NCBI GenBank assembly: GCA_024672315.1
Contig: GCA_024672315.1_4714.1
Reading direction: 5' to 3' (one strand)
Source of the DNA: a phage
DNA: 64,000 nucleotides
In this document: positions 1 to 10,564 of the stretch, one piece after another
Position numbering within the stretch: position 1 is the stretch's first letter
Layout: each line of letters starts with the position of its first letter
The notes under the pieces: model-generated
Seen by the model: the letters and a program-made list of their open reading frames with translations, nothing else
Told to the model about the DNA's origin: nothing
Databases searched by the model: none
Program-made: the position numbers and the translations under genes

Positions 1-191
1 CGCATCGATAGTCACACCGGTAGAACGACTGGTCTCGTGGGTAGAATCAAATCCGCTGTTGAACAACATGGCGAACGTGTTATTATCCATACGAGCAAAG
101 GTCTCCGCAATACGATCGGGATGAAAATCGGTGCGGTTGATGGTCGATTTCACAAAAACTCCTATAAACGATTTAATTATTGGTATTAAGA

Positions 192-677
192 TTAAAGCAG
201 GATCTGCGGACAGCAGCATGATTCGTAACCACCTTCATGGGGTAACGTATTGCTGGTGTCAGGCCAAACGAGCTGAATACCTGCAACTTTTTTACCATAT
301 CGAGCGAAAGCCGCTATCGCATACACTTCGTTGAAGGATTCAATATCCTCGATTTCGCGCACGTCAAGACGCAAGGTTTCACCCGTACCTTTCAAAGTCA
401 GATTGCCATCGAACGCGCCTAACGGGATGGTCTTTGCCTTCACCATGAAGTTACCCAGTTTGTTGATTGCTGAACCAAGGGCAGGGCAGTAACCGGATAC
501 GAAGATTTCCGGCATTCCGTGTTCGGTTAGACCAACAGTATACATATAGCCAGGCTCGTCGCTTCCCTCATCAGGAGCGACACTGATAATAGCCCATTGC
601 TTTTTCTCGATATATTCTTCGATAAAATCGTCCATTTTTGAAAAATTGTTTTCATTAAGTTTAACTGTGTTACTCAT
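192..677 (-). CDS. hypothetical protein
   Basis: 161-aa ORF in the minus-strand gene tiling; no recognisable motif. Confidence 0.4.
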   Translation of the reverse strand: MSNTVKLNENNFSKMDDFIEEYIEKKQWAIISVAPDEGSDEPGYMYTVGLTEHGMPEIFVSGYCPALGSAINKLGNFMVKAKTIPLGAFDGNLTLKGTGETLRLDVREIEDIESFNEVYAIAAFARYGKKVAGIQLVWPDTSNTLPHEGGYESCCCPQILL

Positions 678-963
678 GTTCTTTATCCTTTAAAGCGTTT
701 TCTAACCAGCGGACATAACTTTCACGATAAAGGTGAATATGTCTTTTACCGTCGCGAAAGTTAGGGTCAATAAGATGAATCGCAGCATGGGTTGAAGTCA
801 TCGCATGCTGTAAATGTTTTCGTGTTAATCGTCCAAGTTTTACCCAGCGTTGAATATACCGCGCGTCTGCCGCTAAACAGGTACGTTCGTCGATGAAAGG
901 TACCAATACCTGAACGATACTACCGTAATACACCATCGAGCTGTTGAACATCTGCGTCTCCAT
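670..963 (-). CDS. hypothetical protein
   Basis: 97-aa ORF, 8-nt overlap with downstream gene. Confidence 0.35.
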   Translation of the reverse strand: METQMFNSSMVYYGSIVQVLVPFIDERTCLAADARYIQRWVKLGRLTRKHLQHAMTSTHAAIHLIDPNFRDGKRHIHLYRESYVRWLENALKDKEHE

Positions 964-981
964 GCAAATGGATGGGGCGGA

Positions 982-1290
982 TTAGTGAAGAATTACCGTT
1001 TGCGACCCTTTCTCATACTCGGTAAGTAACTCGTCATATCGACGATCGACCGCCTTGATTGCATTATCGATCTCTGTCGTGTCTGATACAACAGATCGTT
1101 TCGCTTCCAGTCGATATACTAACGCATCACGCATACCCTCGGCAGCAGCGAGTTCACAGGTTGCTTGATGTTTATTATCCGAAAAGACGAAGAATGGTTT
1201 GTTCTCTTCATCAGCCAAGAAGTAGTCACGAATCGCAACCAACCTTTCTTCTGGAACCAGTTCACAATTGTTTTCGTTCATTCTCATCAT
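982..1290 (-). CDS. hypothetical protein
   Basis: 102-aa ORF, acidic. Confidence 0.4.
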   Translation of the reverse strand: MMRMNENNCELVPEERLVAIRDYFLADEENKPFFVFSDNKHQATCELAAAEGMRDALVYRLEAKRSVVSDTTEIDNAIKAVDRRYDELLTEYEKGSQTVILH

Positions 1291-1295
1291 CTCTC

Positions 1296-1628
1296 TTAAA
1301 GTTTTAACGTATTGACGCCGCTTATAAAGGCGTTGATTTCATTGTCGATGTTACCGGTTTGCTCGATAATCTTCTCCACCATCAATCTTGGTTTGTTATA
1401 AGCAATGCTTACAGCATCGGGACCATTTCCATACATGCTCGCGACGTAAATTCGAAGTTCTTTTAAACGATCAAGTAACAACTGCGCGATTTCCAGAACT
1501 TCTTCTGTGGCGGTCTGTGTGTTGCATTCGCGTAACTTGTGCTCTAACAGCGAAGTCGCAGCATCGAGCATGGATGTGTATTTACGATAGTTATAAATAT
1601 CAATTATAGCTGTCTGATTCATATACAC
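1296..1628 (-). CDS. hypothetical protein
   Basis: 110-aa ORF. Confidence 0.4.
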   Translation of the reverse strand: MYMNQTAIIDIYNYRKYTSMLDAATSLLEHKLRECNTQTATEEVLEIAQLLLDRLKELRIYVASMYGNGPDAVSIAYNKPRLMVEKIIEQTGNIDNEINAFISGVNTLKL

Positions 1629-1633
1629 GTTGT

Positions 1634-2002
1634 TTATTTATCGGGGTCTGGAAAATAGTAAAATCGCCAATGTAACATAGAAATCGCATTTCTTATTCGA
1701 TTCGCACGAACACAGCGTCCGAGAAAGGACTTGTAGCAAGAATCGCGATCCATAAACAACTCGTGGCTCGATTTCATCAGAACCACGATGTCTCTTATAT
1801 ACGAATTGCAGTACTCGATAAACGGATCTGTATCGTACGTATATTTCCTCGCACTACCTATCCCCAACTCCCTATTTAACTCACGACAATTTATCATGAG
1901 CTTCACATAACGGATAAGCCGAACGAAGTCACGTAAATTACGATTAAACCAATATCGATACCAAAATGACTGTATACCCCAACCAGTTCTATTTAACTTC
2001 AT
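1634..2002 (-). CDS. hypothetical protein
   Basis: 122-aa ORF. Confidence 0.3.
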   Translation of the reverse strand: MKLNRTGWGIQSFWYRYWFNRNLRDFVRLIRYVKLMINCRELNRELGIGSARKYTYDTDPFIEYCNSYIRDIVVLMKSSHELFMDRDSCYKSFLGRCVRANRIRNAISMLHWRFYYFPDPDK

Positions 2003-2633
2003 TGATACCTTCTATTAGTTGTACAGCAACTTCTTTTTCGGTGCTATAAAAGAACTTGCGGTGGAACTGAACAAGAAGCTTTTCGAATTTACATTGAACG
2101 ATCTTTTTGCGTTCAATATGGCCTAGGGAGAGCAAAGCACCCATACAGCGTACCGCTTGTTCGAGAACCTGTTTCGCGGTATCGTGATCGTCCGGTAACG
2201 GTAAATCTTCCTCATCATCTTTAGCGATAAGACGTCTAATGATGTTATCGATACGTATCTCATCACCGTTAATAAAAGCCCCCTTCTCCCATTCATCAAA
2301 TCGTTGATGGATTCGACGTTGTAAATTGGCCCTGTCTTCCATTAACTCTTTTAACTGGCTTTCTAAGTGGGATATGGTACGGCGGTCGGTATCAGTAAAG
2401 TTTTCCGATTCTTTGTACCACCAATCATTACGCGCTTGTAAGTCATTGATGCGAGAAATCGTCCGACGACACTCGTTAACAAACACATCACCGTTCGATA
2501 GCTCTGTACCGAAATAGCATTTGTATTTATAACGCATGACACGGATTAAACGTTTCGCTAGAAAACCTTGTTTCTCTAGTTTCTTCTTCAGTTGGGTGTA
2601 TTTCTCTTCTTTTGTTTCCGCGATATCTTTCAT
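1989..2633 (-). CDS. hypothetical protein
   Basis: 214-aa ORF. Confidence 0.45.
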   Translation of the reverse strand: MKDIAETKEEKYTQLKKKLEKQGFLAKRLIRVMRYKYKCYFGTELSNGDVFVNECRRTISRINDLQARNDWWYKESENFTDTDRRTISHLESQLKELMEDRANLQRRIHQRFDEWEKGAFINGDEIRIDNIIRRLIAKDDEEDLPLPDDHDTAKQVLEQAVRCMGALLSLGHIERKKIVQCKFEKLLVQFHRKFFYSTEKEVAVQLIEGINEVK

Positions 2634-3563
2634 GCCATATTCTCCGTTATATGCTTTAAACTGTTACGTACACTTTTCAATCGATGGTTAAATCCGGAAC
2701 GATAACATTTCCGTACAACCCATGGCGCTCGCGCTTTATTCGCCTGATGAAGCTGTTCATTGACCTGCGACGCTATACGTAAACGCTCTAATAAAGACCT
2801 CAACCGAACGACAACCAACGGCTGTTCTTTCACCTTCTCTAGTTTGAGTAAAGAGTCAATATGAAACTTTATTTCGATAATCTGATTCCTGTTTTTGCGG
2901 TACTGATGAATATACCAGCATCGACGAAAATAAGTGATGCTAAGCATAGGGTAGATCCTCTTCAACGCTATCTCCAACAATACATCGGATTAGGTGCTTT
3001 ATGGCATTTATAAATACCTACTTTCTTCTGTCTGCCTTTACCTGGGCCTCGTTTAATACGTTTGTTATAAACACGATCCAAATATCGAGTGGCGATAAAT
3101 CGGGATGAATACATCGGGTCGATATATTCTAGCGTACCTGCTTCTGTCACTTCGAGACATTGCATGCGTAACCTCTCTTTCCTCTAAAAGTCAGTCCAAC
3201 ATAAGCCACGGCATCGCTTTCGCGATAGAATCCACCGCAGCATTTGCGATCCTTCGTTCAGTCGTTGGTACCACATGCGCCACGAACCGTTTTCCTTTAT
3301 TGCAACCTTTCTTGTGTTTTCCTTTGACCAAACGAACGCCAATCATGTCGTTGATAACATGATTTAGTATATGGCGCTGTAGAGAATTAATCATCACTTT
3401 TACTCCAGGCAGAGAAGATTCTCGGTTTTAGTTCTATCTGTCCGTATATCCAGGTGTATCTCCATTTACCTTTACGAGGACCTTTCTTATTTTTAACACC
3501 TATCAGAATACGATAGGGGTATGACCAGGCCATTCTAAACTCCTAAAATAAATCTCGATATTC

Positions 3564-3890
3564 TTAATGCAATTGCTTCTTAAAACCTAATTTAAGAAGC
3601 GTCATTCTCTTGTCGATGGTATCTAATGCTTCCAGCAAGGATTTACGCTGCTCCTTTGTAAGCATATCGACGCGTAGACGTTCGTTAATTTCCGCTTTAA
3701 GCTGTATAGGAAGGGTTTGTGTAAGTATGCTATCAGCCTCCATCTCGTAACTATTTTTCGGTGTGGGTAATGCTTCAGTAACACCAGTGAGATAAAAACC
3801 GATAGTGGTTACTCGTTCATCCATTGCTTCTAGCAGTTCAGAACTTACCTCATCCACGATAGTTCTCCGTATTAGGGTGGGCGTACCCAC
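3564..3890 (-). CDS. hypothetical protein
   Basis: 108-aa ORF immediately downstream of the ThyA-like gene. Confidence 0.4.
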   Translation of the reverse strand: MGTPTLIRRTIVDEVSSELLEAMDERVTTIGFYLTGVTEALPTPKNSYEMEADSILTQTLPIQLKAEINERLRVDMLTKEQRKSLLEALDTIDKRMTLLKLGFKKQLH

Positions 3891-3904
3891 CCTCAGTTGT
3901 TAAT

Positions 3905-4924
3905 TTACACCGCCACCTTAGCCTTGATAGCCGGATGTGATTGATATCCAACAAACACAAAGTCTTCGTAACGGTAATCCGTAATACTTTCCGGTTTACG
4001 TACGATTGTTAGCTTCGGTAATGGATACGGCTCACGACTGAGCTGCTCTTTAACCTGTTCGAAGTGGTTGTGATAGATGTGGCAATCTCCACCCGTCCAC
4101 ACGAACTCACCAACGTCCATATTCAGCTGTTGGGCAAGCATATGTGTTAACAACGAATATGATGCGATGTTGAACGGTGTTCCAAGCAGCGCGTCCTGCG
4201 ATCTCGCGATCAGCATACACGACAAGGCACGTGTTGGTACGTTATGCGCATTCAACCAAAGTTCCGTTTCACTGTGTCGTACGTCATCCGTAACCCACTG
4301 GGTTCTTAATACGTCATTGTGCTGGACATAATCAACACGTTCATCGATCGTGAGTTCGTGGGTATAGAACTGATAAAATGAATGGCACGCGGGAAGCGCC
4401 ATATCGTCTAAATCACCTACGTTCCACGCGCTAACGATGATCCGTCGAGAATCAGGATCTTCTTTAAGCTGACGCATCACGTTTGCAATCTGATCGTGAG
4501 GTTTAACATACACGAGGTGTTTTAGCATACCGCCATCAAGAATGCCGCAATATTCATAGCCGCGTTGCATCAACTCACGAGTACGTTCTGTATCGTGCGG
4601 AACAACCACTTTGTAGTCGATCCATTCCCGCCATTGTTTGCCGTAAATCGGTCCTAGATTCCCTTCTTCGTCAGCCCATTCATTCCAAATACGAACACCG
4701 TTATCTTGAAGATAAGCAACGTTTGTGTCGCCGTTAAGAAACCAGAGCAGTTCGTGGATAACGCTCTTAAGGTGAATCTTCTTGGTGGTTACCAGCGGAA
4801 ATCCTTTCTTCAAGTCAAAACGCATTTGACGCCCGAATACAGAACGGGTCCCGGTGCCCGTGCGGTCGGCCTTATCGCGACCGTTATCCATGATGTCTTG
4901 CAAAAGGTCCAAATACTGTTTCAT
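3905..4924 (-). CDS. thyA: thymidylate synthase family protein (ThyA-like, with two insertions)
   Basis: 339 aa; N-terminus MKQYLDLLQ...DRTGTGT...[21 protein letters not shown], catalytic [25 protein letters not shown] and WTGGDCHIY closely match E. coli ThyA as recalled; GAGGA Shine-Dalgarno; ATGA overlap with upstream ORF. Confidence 0.85.
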   Translation of the reverse strand: MKQYLDLLQDIMDNGRDKADRTGTGTRSVFGRQMRFDLKKGFPLVTTKKIHLKSVIHELLWFLNGDTNVAYLQDNGVRIWNEWADEEGNLGPIYGKQWREWIDYKVVVPHDTERTRELMQRGYEYCGILDGGMLKHLVYVKPHDQIANVMRQLKEDPDSRRIIVSAWNVGDLDDMALPACHSFYQFYTHELTIDERVDYVQHNDVLRTQWVTDDVRHSETELWLNAHNVPTRALSCMLIARSQDALLGTPFNIASYSLLTHMLAQQLNMDVGEFVWTGGDCHIYHNHFEQVKEQLSREPYPLPKLTIVRKPESITDYRYEDFVFVGYQSHPAIKAKVAV

Positions 4925-5124
4925 TTTAATCCTCTAAGTGTTTCGAATAGTTCCTGAAATTTATAACGATATTTAGGATCGCTTAACGTGTAACAGCAAC
5001 CATGTAACACGTTATACGCGTAATCAACTTGTAAACCACGAACCTTCGGATCCAATGATAGATTCAACGGCGCATCATCAAAAATCCACGCTTCAATGTT
5101 CTTCTTGGATTCCTTCGTTAACAT
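4921..5124 (-). CDS. hypothetical protein
   Basis: 67-aa ORF whose stop overlaps the thyA start (ATGA). Confidence 0.4.
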   Translation of the reverse strand: MLTKESKKNIEAWIFDDAPLNLSLDPKVRGLQVDYAYNVLHGCCYTLSDPKYRYKFQELFETLRGLK

Positions 5125-5289
5125 CGTTTTTCACCTCGTCGTAAAAGTAAATAGAGTTTTGTCGAGACGCCCTAATTACTTACAACGTCGGTTCTCCCGG
5201 CTTCAGAGAATTCTTAAAATCCGTTAGTTTTGATAGATAGGGTAAGACGGCATAAAAGCCTCCCATTACGGGAGGCTCTATTAATCAGC

Positions 5290-5838
5290 TTATTTCACAA
5301 GAACAGCGAATTCGAGAACATGAATAGCTTCATCGTCCATCGGATTTGTCGTGGTATAACCGACGAAGCAATAGCCCATATCCACGATAAACTCTCTAAG
5401 TTTATCGATGACTGATGCCCCGATACGATCGTCAACAGACAGGCGACATTTACGGGTTATGTTTTGCCCGCGAGGAACGCCAGCTAACACGGATAGGAAA
5501 TGTACGATCTGGTTATTGGTTGCGAACTGCACGTAATCATCGTAGTGCTTAAGGTCTTTCATCGCAGACTCTACCGTCATACGACGACCAGGTGACACAT
5601 ACTCAGAATAAGAATAAGCTGCAATCGTGCGGCGGTCTTCAGTGAGGTAAGTATTCCCATCAGGATGATAACTCTCGATTGTTCCGTCTTCATAAGCGAC
5701 GGTCACAACAGGTGCGCCGTACTCGTCGCGACCAAAATCAATTTTACATTTATCCGAAAGCGGTAGAACCGTGCAAGGCTTTGCGTTGTTCTCATCTGGA
5801 AGATCGTAACCGCTCATCATTTTCAAAAACATAGACAT
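5290..5838 (-). CDS. hypothetical protein (tandem paralog A)
   Basis: 182 aa; N-terminus MSMFLKMMSGYDLPDENNAKPCT resembles the neighbouring ORF 5925..6458. Confidence 0.5.
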   Translation of the reverse strand: MSMFLKMMSGYDLPDENNAKPCTVLPLSDKCKIDFGRDEYGAPVVTVAYEDGTIESYHPDGNTYLTEDRRTIAAYSYSEYVSPGRRMTVESAMKDLKHYDDYVQFATNNQIVHFLSVLAGVPRGQNITRKCRLSVDDRIGASVIDKLREFIVDMGYCFVGYTTTNPMDDEAIHVLEFAVLVK

Positions 5839-5924
5839 AATAGAACCTCATGATAATAGATAATAGAAATGATAGATAGTACAACAAATTGAGGGGGTAT
5901 TATCCCACCCCCTCGTAGGGATTA

Positions 5925-6458
5925 TTATCTGACGACTGCGGTGATTTTGCCATCCATGCCGTCGTAATATGCTGTTAACTTACCAGTAAACAACTCTTCT
6001 AAAAGATGATTTACATCACTAACAAAGTTAGGATTGCCCGCTTTTACAAACTCGATATGACGCGTTTGTTTTACATCACGATCGATTAAACGGATTTCCA
6101 ACAACGCACAAATAAGGCTATCGTTAAGTTTGCCATTCAAATCCAACGCTTTCCCATACGTCGTAGCACGGACGTCTGCATACATACGGTCAACATCATC
6201 CTTCCCAAAACCACAGGAATAGGCGTACGTTGCGATGGTATTACCATTGTCCATTACATAAACGTTACCGCCTGGGTAATCGATGAATCGTTGATCCTTA
6301 TCGCCATGAGCGACGAACTCCAGTGTCGGTCTACCTAGTGAATCACGATTGAATTCGATTGTGGTCAAGCGATCTGGTACCACATGTAACGTAAACGGTT
6401 TTGCGTTGTTACGATCGCTAGTATCGCAGTTAGCCATTACTTTTACAATAACACTCAT
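5925..6458 (-). CDS. hypothetical protein (tandem paralog B)
   Basis: 177 aa; N-terminus MSVIVKVMANCDTSDRNNAKPFT resembles ORF 5290..5838. Confidence 0.5.
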   Translation of the reverse strand: MSVIVKVMANCDTSDRNNAKPFTLHVVPDRLTTIEFNRDSLGRPTLEFVAHGDKDQRFIDYPGGNVYVMDNGNTIATYAYSCGFGKDDVDRMYADVRATTYGKALDLNGKLNDSLICALLEIRLIDRDVKQTRHIEFVKAGNPNFVSDVNHLLEELFTGKLTAYYDGMDGKITAVVR

Positions 6459-6532
6459 GTTTTATTCCTTAGTAGTCCTAGTAGTAGTATTGAGGAATTT
6501 CACCTCATTAGATAGTCTAATTTAGTAATGTT

Positions 6533-6865
6533 TTACTGAAACAAGACATTAAATTCGACGAGATATCCATCGGCTCTATCACCGCGATATCTGTTGCAGA
6601 AAACACCGAATTTCATCAAGAACGCACATAACTCTTCGGCTTTGTATAACGGAATACGATTTTCGTCGAGCAGAGGACACTTATGGCTAACCCGCTCCGA
6701 CGAATCAACGCAACACAAATAAAGAAGGAATCGAACAATAGCTTGGTTCTTAGTGAAGCTCTCGAATTGACCCGCGGTTCTGAACTCATCGAGGAGCTTT
6801 GTCGTTTTCTTCAATCGTTCACGATCAAGCATGTTAACCTCAATACGAACATAACCCTCCTCCAA
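6533..6865 (-). CDS. hypothetical protein
   Basis: 110-aa ORF. Confidence 0.35.
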   Translation of the reverse strand: MEEGYVRIEVNMLDRERLKKTTKLLDEFRTAGQFESFTKNQAIVRFLLYLCCVDSSERVSHKCPLLDENRIPLYKAEELCAFLMKFGVFCNRYRGDRADGYLVEFNVLFQ

Positions 6866-6895
6866 CCCAACAGGGAAGGAGGAGGGAATATGCTG

Positions 6896-7210
6896 TTATT
6901 CTGTTTTCGGTGTTGAACCGTTCTTCTTGAAGTCGGATTCGTATTTCACGTTAGAATCGAGAACCTCACGAACGGTTTTATCTGTACAACCACGAGCGAT
7001 GTACGCATTAAGATCGTCGCGTAATTTACGCATCGTTGTTTTATCAGCATCAGAAATATCTGACTTGGTAAGACGGAATGCAATTGCATCACGAACTTTA
7101 TTCAGCGTTGCTGGGTTATTACGCTGTTCTGCAAATACTGCTTTGATGAATGTACCGCTATCTTTCGAAGCGACGGCTGCATCAAGAATCTCAATATGCT
7201 TTTCAGACAT
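6896..7210 (-). CDS. hypothetical protein
   Basis: 104-aa ORF. Confidence 0.4.
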   Translation of the reverse strand: MSEKHIEILDAAVASKDSGTFIKAVFAEQRNNPATLNKVRDAIAFRLTKSDISDADKTTMRKLRDDLNAYIARGCTDKTVREVLDSNVKYESDFKKNGSTPKTE

Positions 7211-7243
7211 CTTCTTTCCTTTAATAAACGATCATCGTCATAT

Positions 7244-8488
7244 TCATTTAGACACCGCCATGCTTCGCGCCATCGCAACGTCATACGCATCCATGATTGC
7301 ATCACCGATAGCGGTATGACGGATCAACGGAATACCCATATCTGGGTACTCTTTGGTGCCTAAGATGGATACCGGTTTGTCTTGATACGCGGCAATCATC
7401 GAACGAATATCCTGAACCTGGTTATAACGGCAGATTGGTTTGAAGCCCGCCTTACGGAACCAATGCTCCAATTGAGGCCAATCTGTTTCGCCACGAGCAA
7501 GATAATAGAAGGTATCTTTACCGTAGTAATCAGTAAACACTTCACGAATTGTATTAATAAACTCGTTTACTTCGGCGACGGCTTCTTTATAATCCATCAC
7601 TTTACTATGTTGAAAACAATAGTCACGCGCTTCCTTCGGTGCTTTGGTTTGCCACCATTCTACCGTTGATTCACTGATACGACCACCGTCAACGATTTGA
7701 CCGTGAACGTCAGGGAAGATATCTATACGTGGGCCGTTAGCAACGGATTCCGGATTAGCTAGATCAAAGAACACAATACCGATTTCCAGCAGTACCCCGT
7801 TCTTTTCCAGACTGAGATTCTCAACATCCAGACAAAAAGCGGGTTTCTCTACCGCCGATAAATCAAAACGTCCTTCATATCGTGGAGCTAGCTCAGCACC
7901 GAGGAACGTCTCTCGGATGAACTGGGAGAATGTTATATTCTCTGCTACTAAATCAATACCTAATTTACTTAGCAGAGGTATAAGTTCACGGTCGTTCTGC
8001 TTAATTAGCAACATCACTTGGTCGTTGACACAACAACTAATTGAGTAAAAGAGATGAACGATATCTAACGGTTTGTACGGAGCCTCAAAAATATGAGTCT
8101 GGAACGATTGGGCTAGCGCCTTATGCGTTTCTTCACGATGATTCATCAGTTGGAAAATAGCACAGCGCAGATAATGTCGAAGTGTTATCCCGTGAAGATG
8201 CGACGTATCTTCTTGAAATAACGTCATGAAACCGTGATACGTATAATACTCTCCTCTTTTAATTTCTTCGTGGAGTTCTTTGTTCCCCTTTATTTCCTCT
8301 GGTGTTATCGGTTCGATTTGATCGAGGATAATGTTGAGCAGGTCACTGCCGTGTACCTTAAACAGTTTTTCAACGGCAAGATTAGGTAATGTCGCAATCG
8401 CTGCGTACATTAATGTTTCTGCGGGATTAAGTTCTTTATTGTCAATTGTGATGGTTAAAGCCATTTTATTATACCTCATCGAAATCAA
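7244..8488 (-). CDS. hypothetical protein with C-terminal DEDDh-like 3'-5' exonuclease motifs
   Basis: 414 aa; C-terminal half has FCLDVEN (D-x-E) and HTAIGDAIMDAYDVAM (H-x-A-x-x-D) resembling DnaQ-type Exo I and Exo III motifs. Confidence 0.4.
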   Translation of the reverse strand: MISMRYNKMALTITIDNKELNPAETLMYAAIATLPNLAVEKLFKVHGSDLLNIILDQIEPITPEEIKGNKELHEEIKRGEYYTYHGFMTLFQEDTSHLHGITLRHYLRCAIFQLMNHREETHKALAQSFQTHIFEAPYKPLDIVHLFYSISCCVNDQVMLLIKQNDRELIPLLSKLGIDLVAENITFSQFIRETFLGAELAPRYEGRFDLSAVEKPAFCLDVENLSLEKNGVLLEIGIVFFDLANPESVANGPRIDIFPDVHGQIVDGGRISESTVEWWQTKAPKEARDYCFQHSKVMDYKEAVAEVNEFINTIREVFTDYYGKDTFYYLARGETDWPQLEHWFRKAGFKPICRYNQVQDIRSMIAAYQDKPVSILGTKEYPDMGIPLIRHTAIGDAIMDAYDVAMARSMAVSK

Positions 8489-8489
8489 A

Positions 8490-8831
8490 TTAGTTCAGTT
8501 CTGGTTTATCAGCAGCCAGACCAAGTCCAGCTAATATCACGTAGTCGTACCAAGCTTTTACTTTTGCTTTCGCTTCATCTAAACTATCAGCGTTGATGTG
8601 CGGAAACTCCTCGTTGACTGGGAAAGGTAAATCGCAGTCGTAGCTGGTATAATCCTTCCAACCTTTCCATTCGATAGTTAAAGAACCAAAAACGGTCTCA
8701 GCGACAATATGGTTATAGCGGCATTCTTCACATGGCGCGCGCTCTCCCGACCAAACAAGCTCATGCTGCGCTAAAAGTTGTTGTACGACCGATAACGGCT
8801 GCTCTTCATTAAGTTCGATACTGTCTATCAT
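8490..8831 (-). CDS. hypothetical protein
   Basis: 113-aa ORF. Confidence 0.4.
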   Translation of the reverse strand: MIDSIELNEEQPLSVVQQLLAQHELVWSGERAPCEECRYNHIVAETVFGSLTIEWKGWKDYTSYDCDLPFPVNEEFPHINADSLDEAKAKVKAWYDYVILAGLGLAADKPELN

Positions 8832-9424
8832 CGCATACCCTCCTTTTCCTTATCGTAATCGCTGCAAATATTGACAAACGCCGTATTATCAGACAGCCTG
8901 CTGACCATCTGACGGATTGCGACCAATGGTTCAAGTTTAGGATTGATTGATTCACCAGTCAACGCGCTTATTGCTCGTGTGATCTCAACCAAATCAACGT
9001 TCGGGTCTTTGTCATCGATAATAAGCAGACTCTTCGTTGGTTTCTGACGACGTTTGATGATCAACAAATACGTGATGAGGTTCTCACGCCAAGCGTCAGA
9101 ATCCAGATTACGTATTACGGTTAACGCGCGACGTTCTTCCGCCCATGATGGTTTCTCACGGATAACGGGCATGTAAGATAATTGCTCAGCAAGCCCTTTC
9201 AAACTGACCCGGTTGGTGCCACCGGGGTGCTCACTAATCCGCAACATCTCGGCTAACAGACGGACATAGGCGGTCGTTGTCGAAACGCCTCGTAACGGCA
9301 AGAACACATTATGTCCCGGAACCCCATCGTGACTCAGCGGTGCGATATATGCCATGAATCGCCGAATATCATCGTCGGTCTGTTCTCCAGCAACGAACTT
9401 AAACGCTTCCCGTAGAACGCTCAC
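8828..9424 (-). CDS. hypothetical protein
   Basis: 198-aa ORF, 4-nt overlap with downstream gene. Confidence 0.4.
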   Translation of the reverse strand: MSVLREAFKFVAGEQTDDDIRRFMAYIAPLSHDGVPGHNVFLPLRGVSTTTAYVRLLAEMLRISEHPGGTNRVSLKGLAEQLSYMPVIREKPSWAEERRALTVIRNLDSDAWRENLITYLLIIKRRQKPTKSLLIIDDKDPNVDLVEITRAISALTGESINPKLEPLVAIRQMVSRLSDNTAFVNICSDYDKEKEGMR

Positions 9425-9710
9425 TATGAAGTCTCCTTAATGTTTCTTGTATACGCAGTCTCTCCGGCAGGTACAGACGTTTGTATAGATCAACTAACAG
9501 ATAACGCATAACGGAAGCAACCACCAGGTATTCGCCTTCGGCTTCCGAGTAGCGTATCATGTTAATCGGGTAGTTCAAATAAGAATAAGAAAAGAGATCA
9601 TCGTTGGTGAGGTGATGATCTTCAAGATACTGACGAAACAATTTTGCTAAGGCATCGTACTCCATTCCGTAATAACACAACGACACCTGTCTTGCAGATA
9701 GTCGTTTCAT
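9399..9710 (-). CDS. hypothetical protein
   Basis: 103-aa ORF. Confidence 0.35.
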   Translation of the reverse strand: MKRLSARQVSLCYYGMEYDALAKLFRQYLEDHHLTNDDLFSYSYLNYPINMIRYSEAEGEYLVVASVMRYLLVDLYKRLYLPERLRIQETLRRLHSERSTGSV

Positions 9711-10549
9711 GCTGGGTTACCTTTTAGTTTTCCGCGTATCATGTCGACAACGCGTGAGGGATCAGAAATAACATTGGCGATAAGATGATCGATAGGTAGG
9801 TCGAGAACGATTTTCTTCAGCTGGAAAATCGTATCTTTACGACGTACGCCATAGAACACGCCATCTTTAAACACAACCTCGTACGAAATGGGGAGCTGGC
9901 TGATAATCGTGTTAGCGTAATCACCCAACCACATCGACCCCGCCATCAGATGCGCACAAACCGCATGACTAATACGCACATCTTTGTTCTTCTGGCTAAC
10001 GTCTTTGATTTTCGACATGGTGACCAGAAGCTCACCGATCTTACAGAGCATATCGTCATATACCCCAAAGAACTTAATCAGTTGTCGGGCACCTAACGAT
10101 ATATATGTTTCTCGCGGTAAGACACAACACACTTGCGGTAACGTTCCAACCCCATAGACACAACTGTGTGGTGACAATGGGAGCAATTCAGCAACCGCGT
10201 TTTTGATGTTGTTATACTCAACGATATCATTGAACGGTGAAAGGCCTTTCGTAATCGGTTTATCAAGCGTTACATCAAACTCTGCGAATGTCCATGCTGC
10301 TTTACGGGGTTCCCCCTTCTGGTACGGTGGAGCCAATACCGCAACAACGCGAAGCCGATATTCATGGGTATCACGTAGCTTAAGTTGGACCCCCTCATCG
10401 TCTCCTTCACGCACCAGTATGTAGCGGCTTGCGCAGTCATCACATACCACCGTTGGTTCGTGTTGGCCGTATGCTGCAAGCATCGGTTTACTAAGATCTT
10501 TATCACAGTGTTTACAGCGATGATCCTGTTCCTGATAACTGATTTTCAC
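9707..10549 (-). CDS. hypothetical zinc-ribbon protein
   Basis: 280 aa; N-terminal CKHCDK...CDDC cysteine pairs. Confidence 0.4.
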   Translation of the reverse strand: MKISYQEQDHRCKHCDKDLSKPMLAAYGQHEPTVVCDDCASRYILVREGDDEGVQLKLRDTHEYRLRVVAVLAPPYQKGEPRKAAWTFAEFDVTLDKPITKGLSPFNDIVEYNNIKNAVAELLPLSPHSCVYGVGTLPQVCCVLPRETYISLGARQLIKFFGVYDDMLCKIGELLVTMSKIKDVSQKNKDVRISHAVCAHLMAGSMWLGDYANTIISQLPISYEVVFKDGVFYGVRRKDTIFQLKKIVLDLPIDHLIANVISDPSRVVDMIRGKLKGNPA

Positions 10550-10564
10550 ACCGAGACCCCTTTG

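Noticed and set aside
2630-3563. Cluster of short overlapping ORFs, considered as a decayed homing endonuclease
   Set aside because: No clear GIY-YIG, HNH or LAGLIDADG motif could be assembled from any frame; left unannotated.
3905-4924. ThyA-like gene as a dUMP hydroxymethylase marking hypermodified DNA
   Set aside because: The catalytic region is essentially identical to canonical ThyA and no partner modification genes (kinase, aminotransferase-type) were recognised nearby; insufficient evidence.
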